Origin: Camelus ferus
Taxonomy: Eukaryota
Length of the DNA stretch: 64,000 bases
Assembly: GCF_009834535.1 (NCBI RefSeq)
Contig: NC_045708.1
Location: 496,001-560,000 of the forward strand
Reading direction: 5' to 3'
The position numbers and the translations under genes were made by a program. Below the pieces are notes generated by a model. It was not told where the DNA came from. It did not search any database and saw only the letters and a program-made list of their open reading frames with translations. This document shows positions 1-13,209 of this stretch, one piece after another. Every line of letters begins with the position of its first letter. The first letter of the stretch is position 1.

Positions 1-3000
1 TCCTCAGAAGGCTGAGGTGGGGGGCACTGAGGTCAAAGCTCAGGGCCCAGCTCATTCCAGGCCGCTTGACGTCAGCCTGAAGGAACAGACGAGGATCTGC
101 GGCAACACTGCCTAACCGGAGTCAGCTTCGGCAGACTTTACTAATAAAAACGGAGACTAGCTGTCCAAACAGGGTAAAACACGACAGTTATTTACATTTG
201 AGAGAAAGCTCAAGACGAAAAATTTTTAGTAAGTTGGCTGGATAAATAAAGCAAAAAAATGCAACGGGAAAAATATCTTCAGTCTGAGTGTCTGTTCCAA
301 GCAGCACACACCTGACTCTCCACCTGCTCAACAGCATAAAAAACTTAAAACTCAAAACGGGACAAAGCAAGCTGAACCCTAGGCTGGAGCGTTTTAGGGA
401 AAATTAACCTCTTAAAACTTTGAGAAAAAGTCCTCAAATTATGAATTAGTCTGCAAATACCAAATCATTTCTACTTAAATGATTCAAAAACAACTAAATC
501 CCACACATCACCCAGGGGTGGAGGTGGGTGGTGACGCCCTGGCCTTGTTCTCTCGCTGCCCACTGCCCCACCTCCCCGAAGTGCCTGAGACCCACCTGAA
601 ACACTCAGTTCAGTGAAAAATAAAACCACCCTCTTTCTCCCTGAAATTTCAGCTATTGAGCGATTAAAGAAAAATGTTTGTTTTGCCATGAGATATAAGG
701 CAATCTCGGAAAAAAAAAAAAAGTTGACCAAAAGCAGTAAAGGGACAAAGCCCAGGGTGGCCGCCGACCCAGATGTCCCTGGCTGACCCCACGCTCCCTC
801 TGAGCAGTTGGTTTGGGCCCTCTCATGGTGACGCAGTCTGCACCAGAAACCAAACCATCTGGCTAAGAGGGAGGATGGGGGGCTCGTCCAGGTCAGCGGT
901 CACTGCAACCCGCCCACCTGTGCCCAGCAAGGCTCCTGTGGGGACCCGAGAATACCCAGGGTCCAGAGGCCTCTGAGCAACATGCTAGCAGAGGAAAGGC
1001 ATGCGTGAGCCTCGCTGGCAGGAGAGGGGCCAGGAGGACGGGCACTGCTGGCCGTCCCGGGGTGACAGAAGCACCGAGGGCTGCCCACCACACCAGGCAG
1101 AGCTAGTCCTCACAGACTGTCCATGTGTCCTGAGGGTAACGGTGACGCCCTGCGTAGGGTGGGATGGGGTGGCTGCATCCCCACACACGCCAGGGAAAGG
1201 CCAACAGCAGAATTTGAAAGCTTACAGGTGACACCCCAACCCAGGGAGACACTCCCACTAAATGTTGACAGAGACAGTGCTCCGGGGCCAGACTCCTCGA
1301 AGTGGAAACCACCCCGGGAAGGGCCCTGCACCCACAGCCGTGAGGCTCAGACCTGCTCCAGGGAAGAGCCACATCCCGCCTGAAGGTGCCCAGTGATTTT
1401 CATTTTCAGGTGTGTCCCCCAAAGGCACCCCGGTGAAGTCCCTCATTTAAAAGGACAGCAGTGTAAGGGTGAAGGTTCACGCGTGGACCGGAGCCCCTCG
1501 TGGGCCAGAGGCCCAGGGTGCAGACTCAATCCTCCAGTCCCCGCTCAGAGGAGCTGTTGGGGCCAGGGAGGAGGTGGCTGGACCAGCGTCCCTGTGCAGG
1601 ACTCCCTCAGAACGCACTCAGTCCCCACCAAGGCCGGTGGGAAAGCTGTACCCACTGTGTCCACCGGGTGCTGGGACCCCCGACCCACCTCTGCCCATGG
1701 CAGGGCCTGCCCACCCCACTCCCAACACATGAATGCCCACCCAGGCCCCACCTCAGAGCTGCCACAGCTCCCCAGATGCCCACCACCCCATCCTCCAATG
1801 CTGGCCACGGCCACCTTGGAGTTCAGATTCCAGGCACACACCAAGGGACCAGAGCCTTCTGCCCCTCCTTGAGGGAACCCTGACTACCCCCGTTATAGAT
1901 GCAGGAGACACCCCAGCTGAGGCACCCAGTCTGTGTCTTCGTGCAAAGTGCCAGAGCAACACAGGGGCAGCTTTCCCACAACCGCTCCGGGAGCTGCCAA
2001 CGAGCCCGGAGGCTGGCATGGCACGGGGTGCCCAGCTGCGGCCCCAGTGGCTGAGTCAGGCCCCCTTCCCGAAAGGAAGAACCTGGAGCTGGGGCACAGG
2101 AGGGGGGAGACAGTGCTTTGGGGGCAGGCAGAGGGCTCGGGGCCGCCCCGCCACTGCTGTCTGTCATCCCAAGAATACACAGCTCACTAGCCCCCAGAGG
2201 GGTGCCCTTGGCACACCTGGGGGCACATGCAAGGAAGACAGCAGACAGCTTTAAGCTCGGGGGGCTCTGCAGGGTGGTGGGGAGGGCTAGGAGCCCTGAA
2301 CACACCACTCCGGAAGCTGTCACGCTAGGATCTGTTCATTCTAAAAAATGGACTCATTCTGATGATAATCAAAGCAGCAGTTACTGCAAAGCGCACAGGC
2401 TGTACGAATGAGAACTTGGGAACCCCTGGGAGAGCCCCTCGCCACCTCGTAGAGCCCAGCCTCACTGCTGCCCGCCACGCCTGCGTCTGCCAGGGCCTCA
2501 CCACCGGTCTTCAGGCTAAGTGAAACCACCCGCCTGGTCCACTGTGTGTCACCCACTTTCAACACACCTGGCGTCTGCACCTCACCTGTCGCGGCTGCAG
2601 GGACTAGGCCTGGCCCCCGCCCCCAGCCCTGGGCAAGCCCTTCAGGCAGGGGTTGCAGTCAGTGCAGCCCGTGTCCAGACTGGGGAGGGACCCCTGCAGC
2701 TGCCTCGGGCAACGGGCTGCCCAGTGCAGGGCAGCATCTCTCGAATGCACGCTGCTCTGGCCTCATCTGAAATATCTCAAGGCTGCAATTTTTATTGTGG
2801 GCATGAGTGCTTTCCTAAACCCCAAAACCTCACGTATCAGCAAAATGAATCAGAGCTTCCTTGGGAATCGGTGTCCAGCTCAGGAACACGCATCTGTTAA
2901 AGAGTTTTCAAAAACGGTTTGAAGCCACAGCTGCAACCAGGGTGAATGGGACGGGGTCAGACAGGCACGCTCGGTGTCCGGATGGGCACGGGGCGAGGGA

Positions 3001-6000
3001 GGGCAACCAGGGCCATCAGTGAGGTGGGCAGGCAGGTCACACTGAAGGGACCCTCTCGGGGGCGGGAGCGGGGGCGGGGGGAGGTTGAGCCTGGGGGACC
3101 TGGGAAGGAAAGGCTGGGGCTCAGGGCTGGGAGACAGGCAGCCACCCCACAACCGAGCACAGCCTGCGAAGGTAGGCTGGGCTTGAGACAAGCCTGACGA
3201 GGCCCCAAGAACGAGGTTCTGGGGAAGCCCAGGGGCCTCAGAGAAACGGGGCTGCCGCATCCACTGACCTTGCACCCAGGATGGAGGTCAGGGGCCTGTG
3301 GGCTTACACTCTCAGAAATCACTTTTATTTTTACCTTTTACTCCAAGACAGCAAAAAGTACACAGTGAAGAACTGGCTATACACATCAATTAATCTAAAG
3401 CCTGAAAGACAATGAAACTGAGAAGATGGAAATGAACAAATAGTTAAAAACACAGCCCCGCAGGTAATTAATGACACAAGACCCTGAAGAGAAACAATGC
3501 TGGACACAGGCCCAGGGCCCAGCCTCCAACCATGTGGACAGTCAGCGCCTGGGACGGGGTCAGTCACACCTGCACTGCAAGGCGCTGTTCGGGCAGGACC
3601 ACGTAATTGTACTTATAGCCACACATTCACTTGCTCTTTAAGACAAGTAGTTTACAACTCACATCAATTCTCTATTGGAAAGATTCACGTGGACACCTGA
3701 ACACTTGCAAAAGAGGACTCCCTGGAGTCCCGTGAAGACACTGCCAGCCCCTCCTTTCCCGGGCCCCCCACCCTGACCCTCCACTCCCGTATCCACTGGG
3801 CCCAGGGACACTGTTCATGAGGCCACAGGCTGGCCACTCTTACATTTAGAAGAAAACGACTTATCTTTCCCCAAAGGTGCTCCAAGTAGGCTGCGGGTTC
3901 AGCCACAGATTCCTCTCAATCGAAGATGGAAGCTCAGGTGTAGAAACTGGCTCTGGCAGAAAATGAAAAAAATCTGGAAGCTTCCACCACCATGACCTAG
4001 GAGCTACGCTAAAGCCCCACACGAAACACCAAGTTTGAAGCTGCTCTGTATTCAAAGGGCACTGAGGCAAAGGGAAGACAAAAATTAAGGTCAAGGGGGT
4101 AAAATTTACACCTAAAAACGGACAGCTCGGTATCTGCTACAACCGGAGGAACCAGCCACCACAGAAAGGCCCCTGCGGTACAATGCACGGACATAAATCG
4201 TCCAGGAGAGGCAGGGCCACAGGGACAGCAGGCCAGGGAGGCCGGGGGCTTCGCAGGGTGGGAACGGCCTATAGCCTGCTGTGTGAGGGGCGTGTGGCCC
4301 CGGGTCCCGCATGCTTGACGCGGGTGGGCCACCTCAGAGTCGGACTGCTCCCTCATCAGGGAAGAAGACACTCCCTATCTGTCTGCGGAGGGGCGGGGGA
4401 ACGGACTCCCCGAGCAGCCTGCCCACCTCACTCACCGCGGCTGGGACCCCATGGGCAGCTGCTCCCTGCCACACCCATCACCCTGCTGCTGCTTATGGGT
4501 AGAACCAAAAGCACCTATTTGTGGCCAGACGGTTAAGGAATAAAGAGCTTCCGTACCAACAGGCTGCACGTCACTCACTGAGGGCTCAGTGACCATGGGG
4601 CCACACGTCCTCGGGGACACAGGGGTGTGTGCACAGGGACCTCAGGCCACCGACAGCAGGTGGGTGGCGGGGCCCCCAGCGCCTGACCCTCACCACCAGC
4701 TCCTGGCTCTGACCAACAAGGAGCATTCCCCCGACTTGTCACTCTCTCCCCTGAAAATCAAACACTTTTGAACGTAGTGGTTTACCCCTGAATCACACCT
4801 TAGAGAACTCTTCTAGTTTTGCACTGCAGGTTATGAAAACCGTCCCTCTGCAGAAGCCCAGGTACCCCCCACACACAGACATGGGGTTTTAGCTGTTGTG
4901 CACCTGTCACCAGCAGATGGGGAGACGGGCCAGGCCCCACCCCACTACTCATCAGCAGCCCCCACCCCCTAAGCATCTTAGTGTGGCCTATTCCCAAAAA
5001 GCGGGAGATCACAGCTCAGACGTGAAAGGGCCGGCCTCGTAACACGCAGGGGAATGAGGGCACGTGTGTTAGTGTCTGCTTTCATTCCTTACACTGAGCA
5101 TAAGAGTTTTCTTCAAAAGGAACAGTGCTAACTGAAGAACCATCTTCAGAACTAGACGGAGTCTGCAGTGCAGCTGACAAAAGGCTGGAGTTACGGTCTC
5201 AGCTCGCTCAGGGAAGGGACCGTAGTGACCGCCTCCCGCAGGGCCCGGCCACTCTCATTACACGCCCAGGGGAGGGGCCTCTCCGCGGAGCTGAACCTGA
5301 GTCAGAGCCTGGACCCAGGCCATCAGCAGAGCACAGCACTGCGACGCGGAGGCCAGGACACAGCTGGCGGCTGAATACTCGCAGATTCTCCTAACGCAGG
5401 TCCTGGGGCCTGGGAGATGGGGGCGTGCAAGGGGCGCCCTGCAAGATCTCTGGGGACTTCGCTCCGGCCCACACGCGCCCTGGACTCCTGGGATCGGTGA
5501 GCCTCAGGCGCCCGCGCCTACATGAGCCAGAACGCCCCCCTGTGCCCCCAGCAGGGATGGCTGTGCTCCTCCCAGAAGCCCCCACTGACGATCTACTTGC
5601 AGCTGGGGAGGAGAGGGGGCGGCAATGGGGGGGGGGGCAGGGGCCCTCCTAGCTGACTAATCAATCTACAGATGTACAGAGAACATTCGTAGTTTATTAA
5701 AAATTTCGAGTGCCAACATGAAGACAAGGCTTTCCAGTTGGTGTCTATACCCCTCTCACTCAGAGAGTCTGGTCTGCTTCCTACAAACTAGAGTCACTCA
5801 CCGTGACAGTGGAGGCCAAGGCGCCGAGAGCAGCCGCGGTGCGCGGTGATCACGAACGCCTGGTCAAAGCTCAGGCAGGGAAGGCCTTACCCGTCACAGC
5901 CCGGTGTCGCCATCACATCAATTATTTACAAATAACCTCTTCTTTCACGTGAGTCTGGGAAGCAGCCCCAGTCTGTCTGGTCTCTTCCTGAAACAAAGTC

Positions 6001-6440
6001 AAGTCCTCTCAAAGTACCTGCTTCTACCATGCTTCTTTTGTGGGTACTTTGGCCAGCTCATCACCCAACCCTCCAGAAACGTCACCAGAGTGCTGCGCCA
6101 CCCCACGTGTGTACCAAAGCACACCTACCTGCAGAGGAAGGAGGGGCGCCTCGCGGTGGGAGAAGCCAGGTGCCGTGGCTCCCACATGCCTTACCTAAGC
6201 TGCTCTGTGTCGTGTCAGAACCCTTCCCCGACCGTGTGGGTGTGGACGTCATTCACGCCTGCGCCCTGCACGCCCGAGGCCCCGAGTGGCTCCAACCCTC
6301 AGACCATCCCGTGAGCACCAGAACAGAAACCCAGTGACCCAGCACCCTGCGCACAGACGCCCCTGAGGAGGAGGTCAGAGAGGTGCCTGTGGTGACACCT
6401 GGCAGAGACAAGCAGGGGGGGCAAAGCCACCCCGGGATAC

Positions 6441-6584
6441 AGTTCTTTGTCTTTCCTAAGGAGGTCGTTGTACATCTGGTCGTAAGTGGTTTTGAAATCA
6501 TAAACGTTCGGCTTGTCAGGTGCTGGCCCTGGAAGCTTCACATGAGTTCCCGTTCCGAAGGACCGGACGCTGAATCCTCGTTTG
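6441..6584 (-). CDS. SSU72: SSU72 coding exon 2; later exons lie beyond the left window edge
   Basis: Acceptor TTTCAG|C at 6584. 144 nt encoding (S)KRGFSVRSFGTGTHVKLPGPAPDKPNVYDFKTTYDQMYNDLLRKDKEL. Donor ACT|GTATCC at 6440. Phase 2 matches exon 1. No exon-3-like sequence seen in 1-6440. Confidence 0.96.
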
Positions 6585-7339
6585 CTGAAAGACACAAAAG
6601 GAGAGAGAGGATTAGATTAAATAAGACACAAAATGCTAAAAAGGAATATGAAATGAACTAGATGAGTAATTTTGTTGATACCAAGAACAAGCTTTTCAAT
6701 TCTTAAGTATTTCACTTGCAAATTTAAAAAAATCCCGCAGCACATTACACAAGCTAGGCGAAGCCAATCCAAATGGGAGACAAAGGATCCTTCATGGAAG
6801 GGGAGGAGAGGCTGTCAAAGTGTCACTCAAACCTCTGAGGCCTGGGACGGACCGACACAGGGACCCAGGGGACGTGTCATCCAGACACCGTGTCACCTGA
6901 CCACTGTCCTGGTCTGTGTGGGGTGCAGGTTCACAGGACCCGTGTTCTGACGTCTAAGAGCGGAACTGCTCACCCAGGCTCCCAGCTGCCTGTGGTGCCA
7001 GCCTGAGGGGCACGCAGGGACGCCCCCAGCTCCCAGGCCGGGCATTCCTGTAACCTAGGTCAATGATAAGGAAACTGACCAAACGTGCATCCTGCGAAAC
7101 TGGGGGAGTGTGCGTCAGTGACCTGCAGCGCCCACAGGCGACGAGAGTCACACTCTGAGAAAGAACGTCACCTCAACGCCCTGAGGCCCTGGGTGCTGTC
7201 CTCCTGAGGACCACACTTGGGTCAAAACTCCTGTTCTTTCAAACTCAGTCAATAAAAATAAACGTTTTAAGGGTTCCAAGCGTCTACAGGAGATGGGCTT
7301 CCTGTCCCAGCTTTGCACTTGGACATCACGTGCTGTCTG

Positions 7340-7383
7340 CCCTGGCCACAGGCTCGTGCAAGGACTCCCTGGCCACAGGCTCG
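7340..7383. repeat. local 27-bp-period duplication
   Basis: CCCTGGCCACAGGCTCG at 7340-7356 and 7367-7383. Confidence 0.85.
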
Positions 7384-10300
7384 CAGAGGACACACTGGTC
7401 CCCCCATGCTCACACTCCCCTTGTGGGCCACAGCTGGGAGACACCACAGGTCTTCTGAGGCCCAGAGGAGCAGCAAACGTGCTCCCAAACCAAGGACACG
7501 GCAGGAAGCACTACAGGTGAAGAGAGTTCAAAAGGCCGCGGGGCCACCCTCTCCCACTGCGGGTCTGCACTGCAGTGGGCACAGGGTCAGCTGTTCAGAT
7601 CACAGCTCAGGAGCTGGTGCTGCAGGAAGTAGCTGGGAATCTGGGGAGGAGCTGAGGCCGACATCCACGCGTGAGACCGTGGTTGCCTCCCGCCGGACAC
7701 CTCCCCACCGAGAAGCCCAGCCTACGGGACACACACTCAGGGCAGCCCCAGAGTCCCTTGCACAGAAGGCATGGAGAGCCAGCAAGACCCCTGTTGTCAC
7801 CATGGAAGGTGGAGGGGCCCCTATGTGGACACCAGCGCTGCGGCCAGCGGCAGAGCCACCACACCTGTACCTCCAGGCACCGGGCATTTTCTGAAGCTCT
7901 TCTCATCCAGTTTTGGTTCAACACCTCACCCAGGTCCTCTCAAGCTGGGAAAAGCTGGGTCCCATCCCTCTGTCCCTACAAGTCCCGAGCTCTGCAGCCA
8001 GTAGGGCCCCCCACCACCACCCAGGAAGGAGGACACGGTGACAACAGAGCCGAACAAGGAGCAAATCCAGGCCACACCCAGCTGAGCCATGAACAAAAAC
8101 CCAGACAACCTTTGCCACGCTCACTGCAATTGCTGACCCTGAGGTGGGGTACCTGGGGGTGCAGGGACACCGACCATGCCCAGACCCGGGGCCACGAGGG
8201 CCCGACCACGCAGCACACCCCCACCCGTAGGCCCTCCAAGAAGGTGCACTAGTCCAGGAACAGACAGTAAAAAGTTTCCTGCCGAAGCACCATTAAGAGG
8301 GGGATGAAGGTCCCCTGGACACCAGCCAAGGGAGGTCAGGGGGCGCCTGCTCCCGTGGGGGCCACACCCTCCCAGGACGGGGACAAGGGGACAGGTCACA
8401 ACCACGAAAGCCATGCTTGTCTTGCTGGCTTCACCATTTGTTACTATCCCACAAGAACTGCCCCCAAACAAGCAGGCTGTCCTCTGAGTGCCACCTCCTC
8501 CCCAAAAAACACCCCTGAGGTACCGTCAACCTGGAGTGTAAACACACATCACTGAAGGAAAAGGGATTTGCTCTCGAGACCAACCTGGGGTTCCCCTGGG
8601 TTTGGCGTCTGACTCACGGAGAGGAGAGTGCCACACGAGGCACCCTGGATGCTGGTGACCAGCCCGGGATGGAGGTGGGGAACAGATGACCGGAAAACAG
8701 GTCCTCAAGGGAAGGAGGGGTGCTATGAAGAGACACGACCCCTTGAAACAAGACCCCTGAGGGCTCGGAGCAGAGGTCCAGCCACCATAGAGGGAGCCTG
8801 GGTGTGACTTCGCAGGGGACGTGGGGGCTGCATGGACGCGGCTGCTGGACACATACCTGAAACCCCTTGGGTCTGTCTCCAGAGGCCGCGCGCTCCTCAT
8901 GGGAGCCAGGGTGAAAGTCCTGTCTTTGGTGGTGGCGCGGATGCTTTAAAGCACATCGTTTGCAGTAGAGATAGCGCCTTTGGGGGTCAGAACAAGAAAC
9001 TGCAGTCGAGACCACCTTTCTCAGCTAGTGACCTAAAAAGCATGTTCCAAAAGGGGTCCCCAAATCATCTGGGGAACAATGCAAAAAAACAAAATGTTTC
9101 TCAAAAAGATGTGGAAGATTCATTTAGATACAGTTCCTCCCTCACTCTAAAAAAAAAAAGACATTATTTCTGCATAACTCAGTCATTTCCTTCTGGTCAC
9201 TCCTTTGAGGGACTTAGTCATAATTAAATTTATTTAAATGAGCTCAACTCTTAAAACTCAATTAAAATATATTAAAACGAGCCCATGCACAACTGCTCTT
9301 GTAACACGTTAACGCAGCACACAGTGAATAAGCCTTCATCTAGCCAAGCAGCAGCAAAGGAAGTTACTCAATCCCTGACGGCTAAAGCTTCAAGACTGAA
9401 AAACCACCTCTACTGGTGGTGGGTTTACCATGGATTCAACAGGACTTCCCGGAGCTCCCCACGTGCCGTGGGTAGAGAGGTCACCAAAACAGACCCAAGT
9501 CCCTCCCCCAGATACCCTGGAGTGCGGGACAGGGTGAGTGAAGCCTCCGGGACACAGGAACATCAGGAGTCTGGTGACGGCGAAGCCGGGGCTGACAGGG
9601 TGGGGTCCTGCAGACAGGGCACCTAGGAGCAGTTCTCAGCCCCAGCGGCCCACGATGCACATGACACCCTGTGACCCAGAGACTCAGACACAACCCCAGA
9701 GCGTTTTAGAGGTGCCCCTAAAAGCTGCCCACAGGGTTCCCAAGAAGCCCCAGCACAAGGTCTCACACCCCCTTCCCAGTGGAGCAGCAGGTCTGAACTG
9801 CCTGTGTGGCGCCTCCGCAAGGCACACCCCCTTTCCTCATCTCCTGTCACGAGGAGTCTGAGGCATGAGTCAGGTGTCCAGCGAAACACTGTCCGTATGC
9901 CTGCAAGTAACCACCCCAAAGACAACCAGGGCTGACCATCCACCCAGCTGAGCCCTAACAAGGCTCCCAGGAGGATGGCGCTGGGGAAAGGCCAGGCAGC
10001 AGTGGAGCTGGCAGAGTCTCCCGGCTGGAAACTCCCTCAACTTCCCGAAATGGGACTCAAGCACATTTTAACATAAAATAAGCCCAGCTGGTTCTTCCCC
10101 CAGCAAAAAGGCTAACTAGCAACAGAAGTGCTGTTTCTTGTAAGCTCGTGCAACTGACAAAACAGCCCAATCCGTGTGTGCCTGCAAGGTGACAGCGTGT
10201 TTCTTACATAAAAGGACTGAGCGCTATAAAAAAGTTCCTGAGAACCGAAAGGCTCTGTCTGAAGGGTCAGCTATTTAGTACGTTAAACAAACCTGCTAGA

Positions 10301-13171
10301 CAAGTATTTATCAAACTTGTCTTTACTGGTGTCAAGAATGTATCATAAAAATAAATTATAGTATCAGAGAAAATGCTAAATTATAGAAAGATACAGAAAT
10401 TGTATGTTAAGATACAGAAATGTTAAATTATAGAAAAGATAGATAACAGTATGATAGAAAATTAAATTACATTAAATTAAATTTTGGGAAACAAAATTGC
10501 TTCAATTGTTATCCCAATATCTAAAGGTAAAATAATGAAGTTAAAATGAACACCAAAAAGGATCAAGAAAACACCCAAATTAACAGCATGGGTTATGGTA
10601 TTTATTCTGTTTTCTGCAGTGTTTTCTGGTTATTAATCTAATTCAGAGCATTATTTTGGCTAAGACTGAAATCCTAGACCACTACTAACTTTCTGAAAGC
10701 ATGACCTGACCCGTCTGTAAGCAGGACACAGTGCATTTATGGTCATAAGTCACCTTTACTACAAGTAGAGTCACTCACTGTCTAATCATCCTGATTTGCA
10801 GCGACATGACGACCTCATGTTCACGGAACACAAGTCAGCCACTCACAAGCAAGCCATCACACTTAAACGCCCGCCTGCCAGCTCACTGCAGTACAGCTAA
10901 AAGGCTGGGAAGATCAAGCCTTCTGAAACGTTAACATTCCAGTAAAGTTTACGCCACCACTAGCAACATGTGGGCCTTTAGCACACTTCAATACTTGTTT
11001 TCCAGGACTTATTCTACCCTTCTCTCCCACAAGGTCAACAACGAAACCGAGGCTTCTAAGCACAATCACTGTGTGCAGAGCTTGTGTCAGATGCACCCCA
11101 CGTGCGACCCCCACAAGCGCTCGGCTTAGCTGTGCTTCCTCCAGGCCTGCCCTGCCGGTCACTGTTGGCCTCCCCAGGGGCTCCCCTCTGCGCAAAACTG
11201 GCATTTCAGACGGCCCAGCAGCACCATGATCACAGTGGTCCTCGGGCTACAAATCACACTGAACCTGCCCAGCCATCTCCCCTGCTGGGCTCCACCTGTT
11301 CTCACCTACAGAAGAAGGCTGGAGAAGCTGATCCTGGATGCAGGGAAAGTTCCAGCTGCTGGGGCTGAAGGCGTGCTTGGCCCACCCAGCTTCATCTCAG
11401 TATTCGCATCTGAACAGAAATCTACCTCCTTCCAACCGTCCTTCTGGTCTTAGTTCTGCCTCCTGAAGACAAAAAGTGAAACGATGCAGTCCCTTAAACC
11501 TACGAAGGCAAGTGTGTTGCGTCCCCCGCAGGCACGTCTTCTGCACCCTCTGCGATTCTTAAAAGACATGATTTCAAATCCTCTCACCTTCCCAGATGGT
11601 TTCCAGTCTGTTCTGTCAAGTGTACCCAGAACCACAATATCAAAAATGCAGCCAAAGGGGCCCCAGAACAGGGCTATCCCTTCCTGGTAAAGGACAAAAG
11701 GCTTCAGGCACTGTGTCTGGGTCATCCCAGCTATGGGGCCACACAGCCTCAGGCCACCCTAAGACTTGGTCCCCTCTAGGGGAAGAGGTCTGAGCACCTC
11801 TACCCCAGTGTGGCTAGGGGCCCACAGGGTCAGGTCTTGACATTATGACTTAAGAGCCCTGCCCCAAACTGGAGACTCACAGGACCTCAGCTGACCGCTG
11901 AGCTCCCTGCACCCTGGCTCCCTCTCCAGTTCGTGTCTTCCCCATCCTGTCTCAGTTGCTACTCGTCCATCTATCACGGTGGGAGCGCTGATCCTTTCTG
12001 TCATTCCTAAGCTAGGACTTCTTGCTCCGGGTGTTACCCCCTCGCCTGTGTACGTGTGGGCATCCTAGGGCTGTGAGGATGAACTCAGCGCTGGGGAAGC
12101 ACCTGACACAGAGGGGCTCGAGGCCCTGATTCTTGATTTGTTGCTTCCACGTCTGCAACTTCTCTGCTCATCTTTCCAAAATCACACTACCCAAGAAGCT
12201 GTGGCTGAAAACAGGCTGAGAATTCACTTCAGCAATTTAGAGAAGTCTTTCTTTAAAATTTGTTTTGAATTGCCAGAACTAAAACTACAGCTTCCAAAAA
12301 TCAACATGCCCCTTAACATCTACGAGATCATTTAGAACTGAAAAATAAATTAATTGGCTCCAAAGGGACATCTTAATCCAGAGTACAAAGAACAGGAGGC
12401 TCTGTGGAAACATACAAGTCTTCAAACTCCTCTTAAAAATCTAACGGACTCCCAGTACTGGCATTTCAAACAATTTAGCCTCAAAAGATCAGAAATAATC
12501 ACCCCAGGGAACATTATGACTAGCTCCAGAAAATGCCAACATTTATTAACACCTGTATTCGACTAGTCAGAAAAATATAGTCAAACTGATTTTCAACAGG
12601 GTAAAATTCATCACATCTTAGAGATGCTTTTAACCCTTATAAATTATCCAAAGATAAAGCCATAATTTTCAAAAGTCAAAATAACATGAAAAGTTGTTCA
12701 ACCTCAAAAGCAATTTTAAAACTAAAGGAAGGGCGAGACCCTTTTTTTGCCCTAGCAGCACGAAAAGATGTAAACAAACACAGAATGTGAAGAAATGGGA
12801 ATTGTGTAAATACTTTCCTGGAAGGCTGTCTGGCAAAATGTATTAAACTGTAAAGTATGCCTACCTTTTGACTCAGCAATTCCACCTCTAGCAATTTATG
12901 ACAAGGAAACAGCTAGAAAAGTGTGCAGATACCTAAGGGGTACATTATGAGACTGAGAAACACCTGAATGTCTGTCAATGGGGAACAGTTAAAAAACTGA
13001 CTGCTGGAAAGGACTCCTCAGGGTAACTGGGCCATGGTTTTATAACCACTGCCTCTGCTCAAACTGAACAGATAGGTTCAAATCCAATACATCGAATGGA
13101 AAGCAGAAATGAATGTTGAAATCAAACTATGTTCACATTCTGTGGAGCGAGATTACAGAACAGCATCTTGA

Positions 13172-13175
<4 letters not shown>

Positions 13176-13208
<33 letters not shown>
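13176..13208. repeat. (GT)n microsatellite, ~16 units
   Basis: Perfect GT run in SSU72 intron 1. Confidence 0.97.

Positions 13209-13209
<1 letters not shown>

Noticed and set aside
10360-10480. AT-rich degenerate repeat (aaattatagaaagatacagaaat...) as a functional element
   Set aside because: Low-complexity sequence adjoining an old LINE 3' end, with no specific motif.
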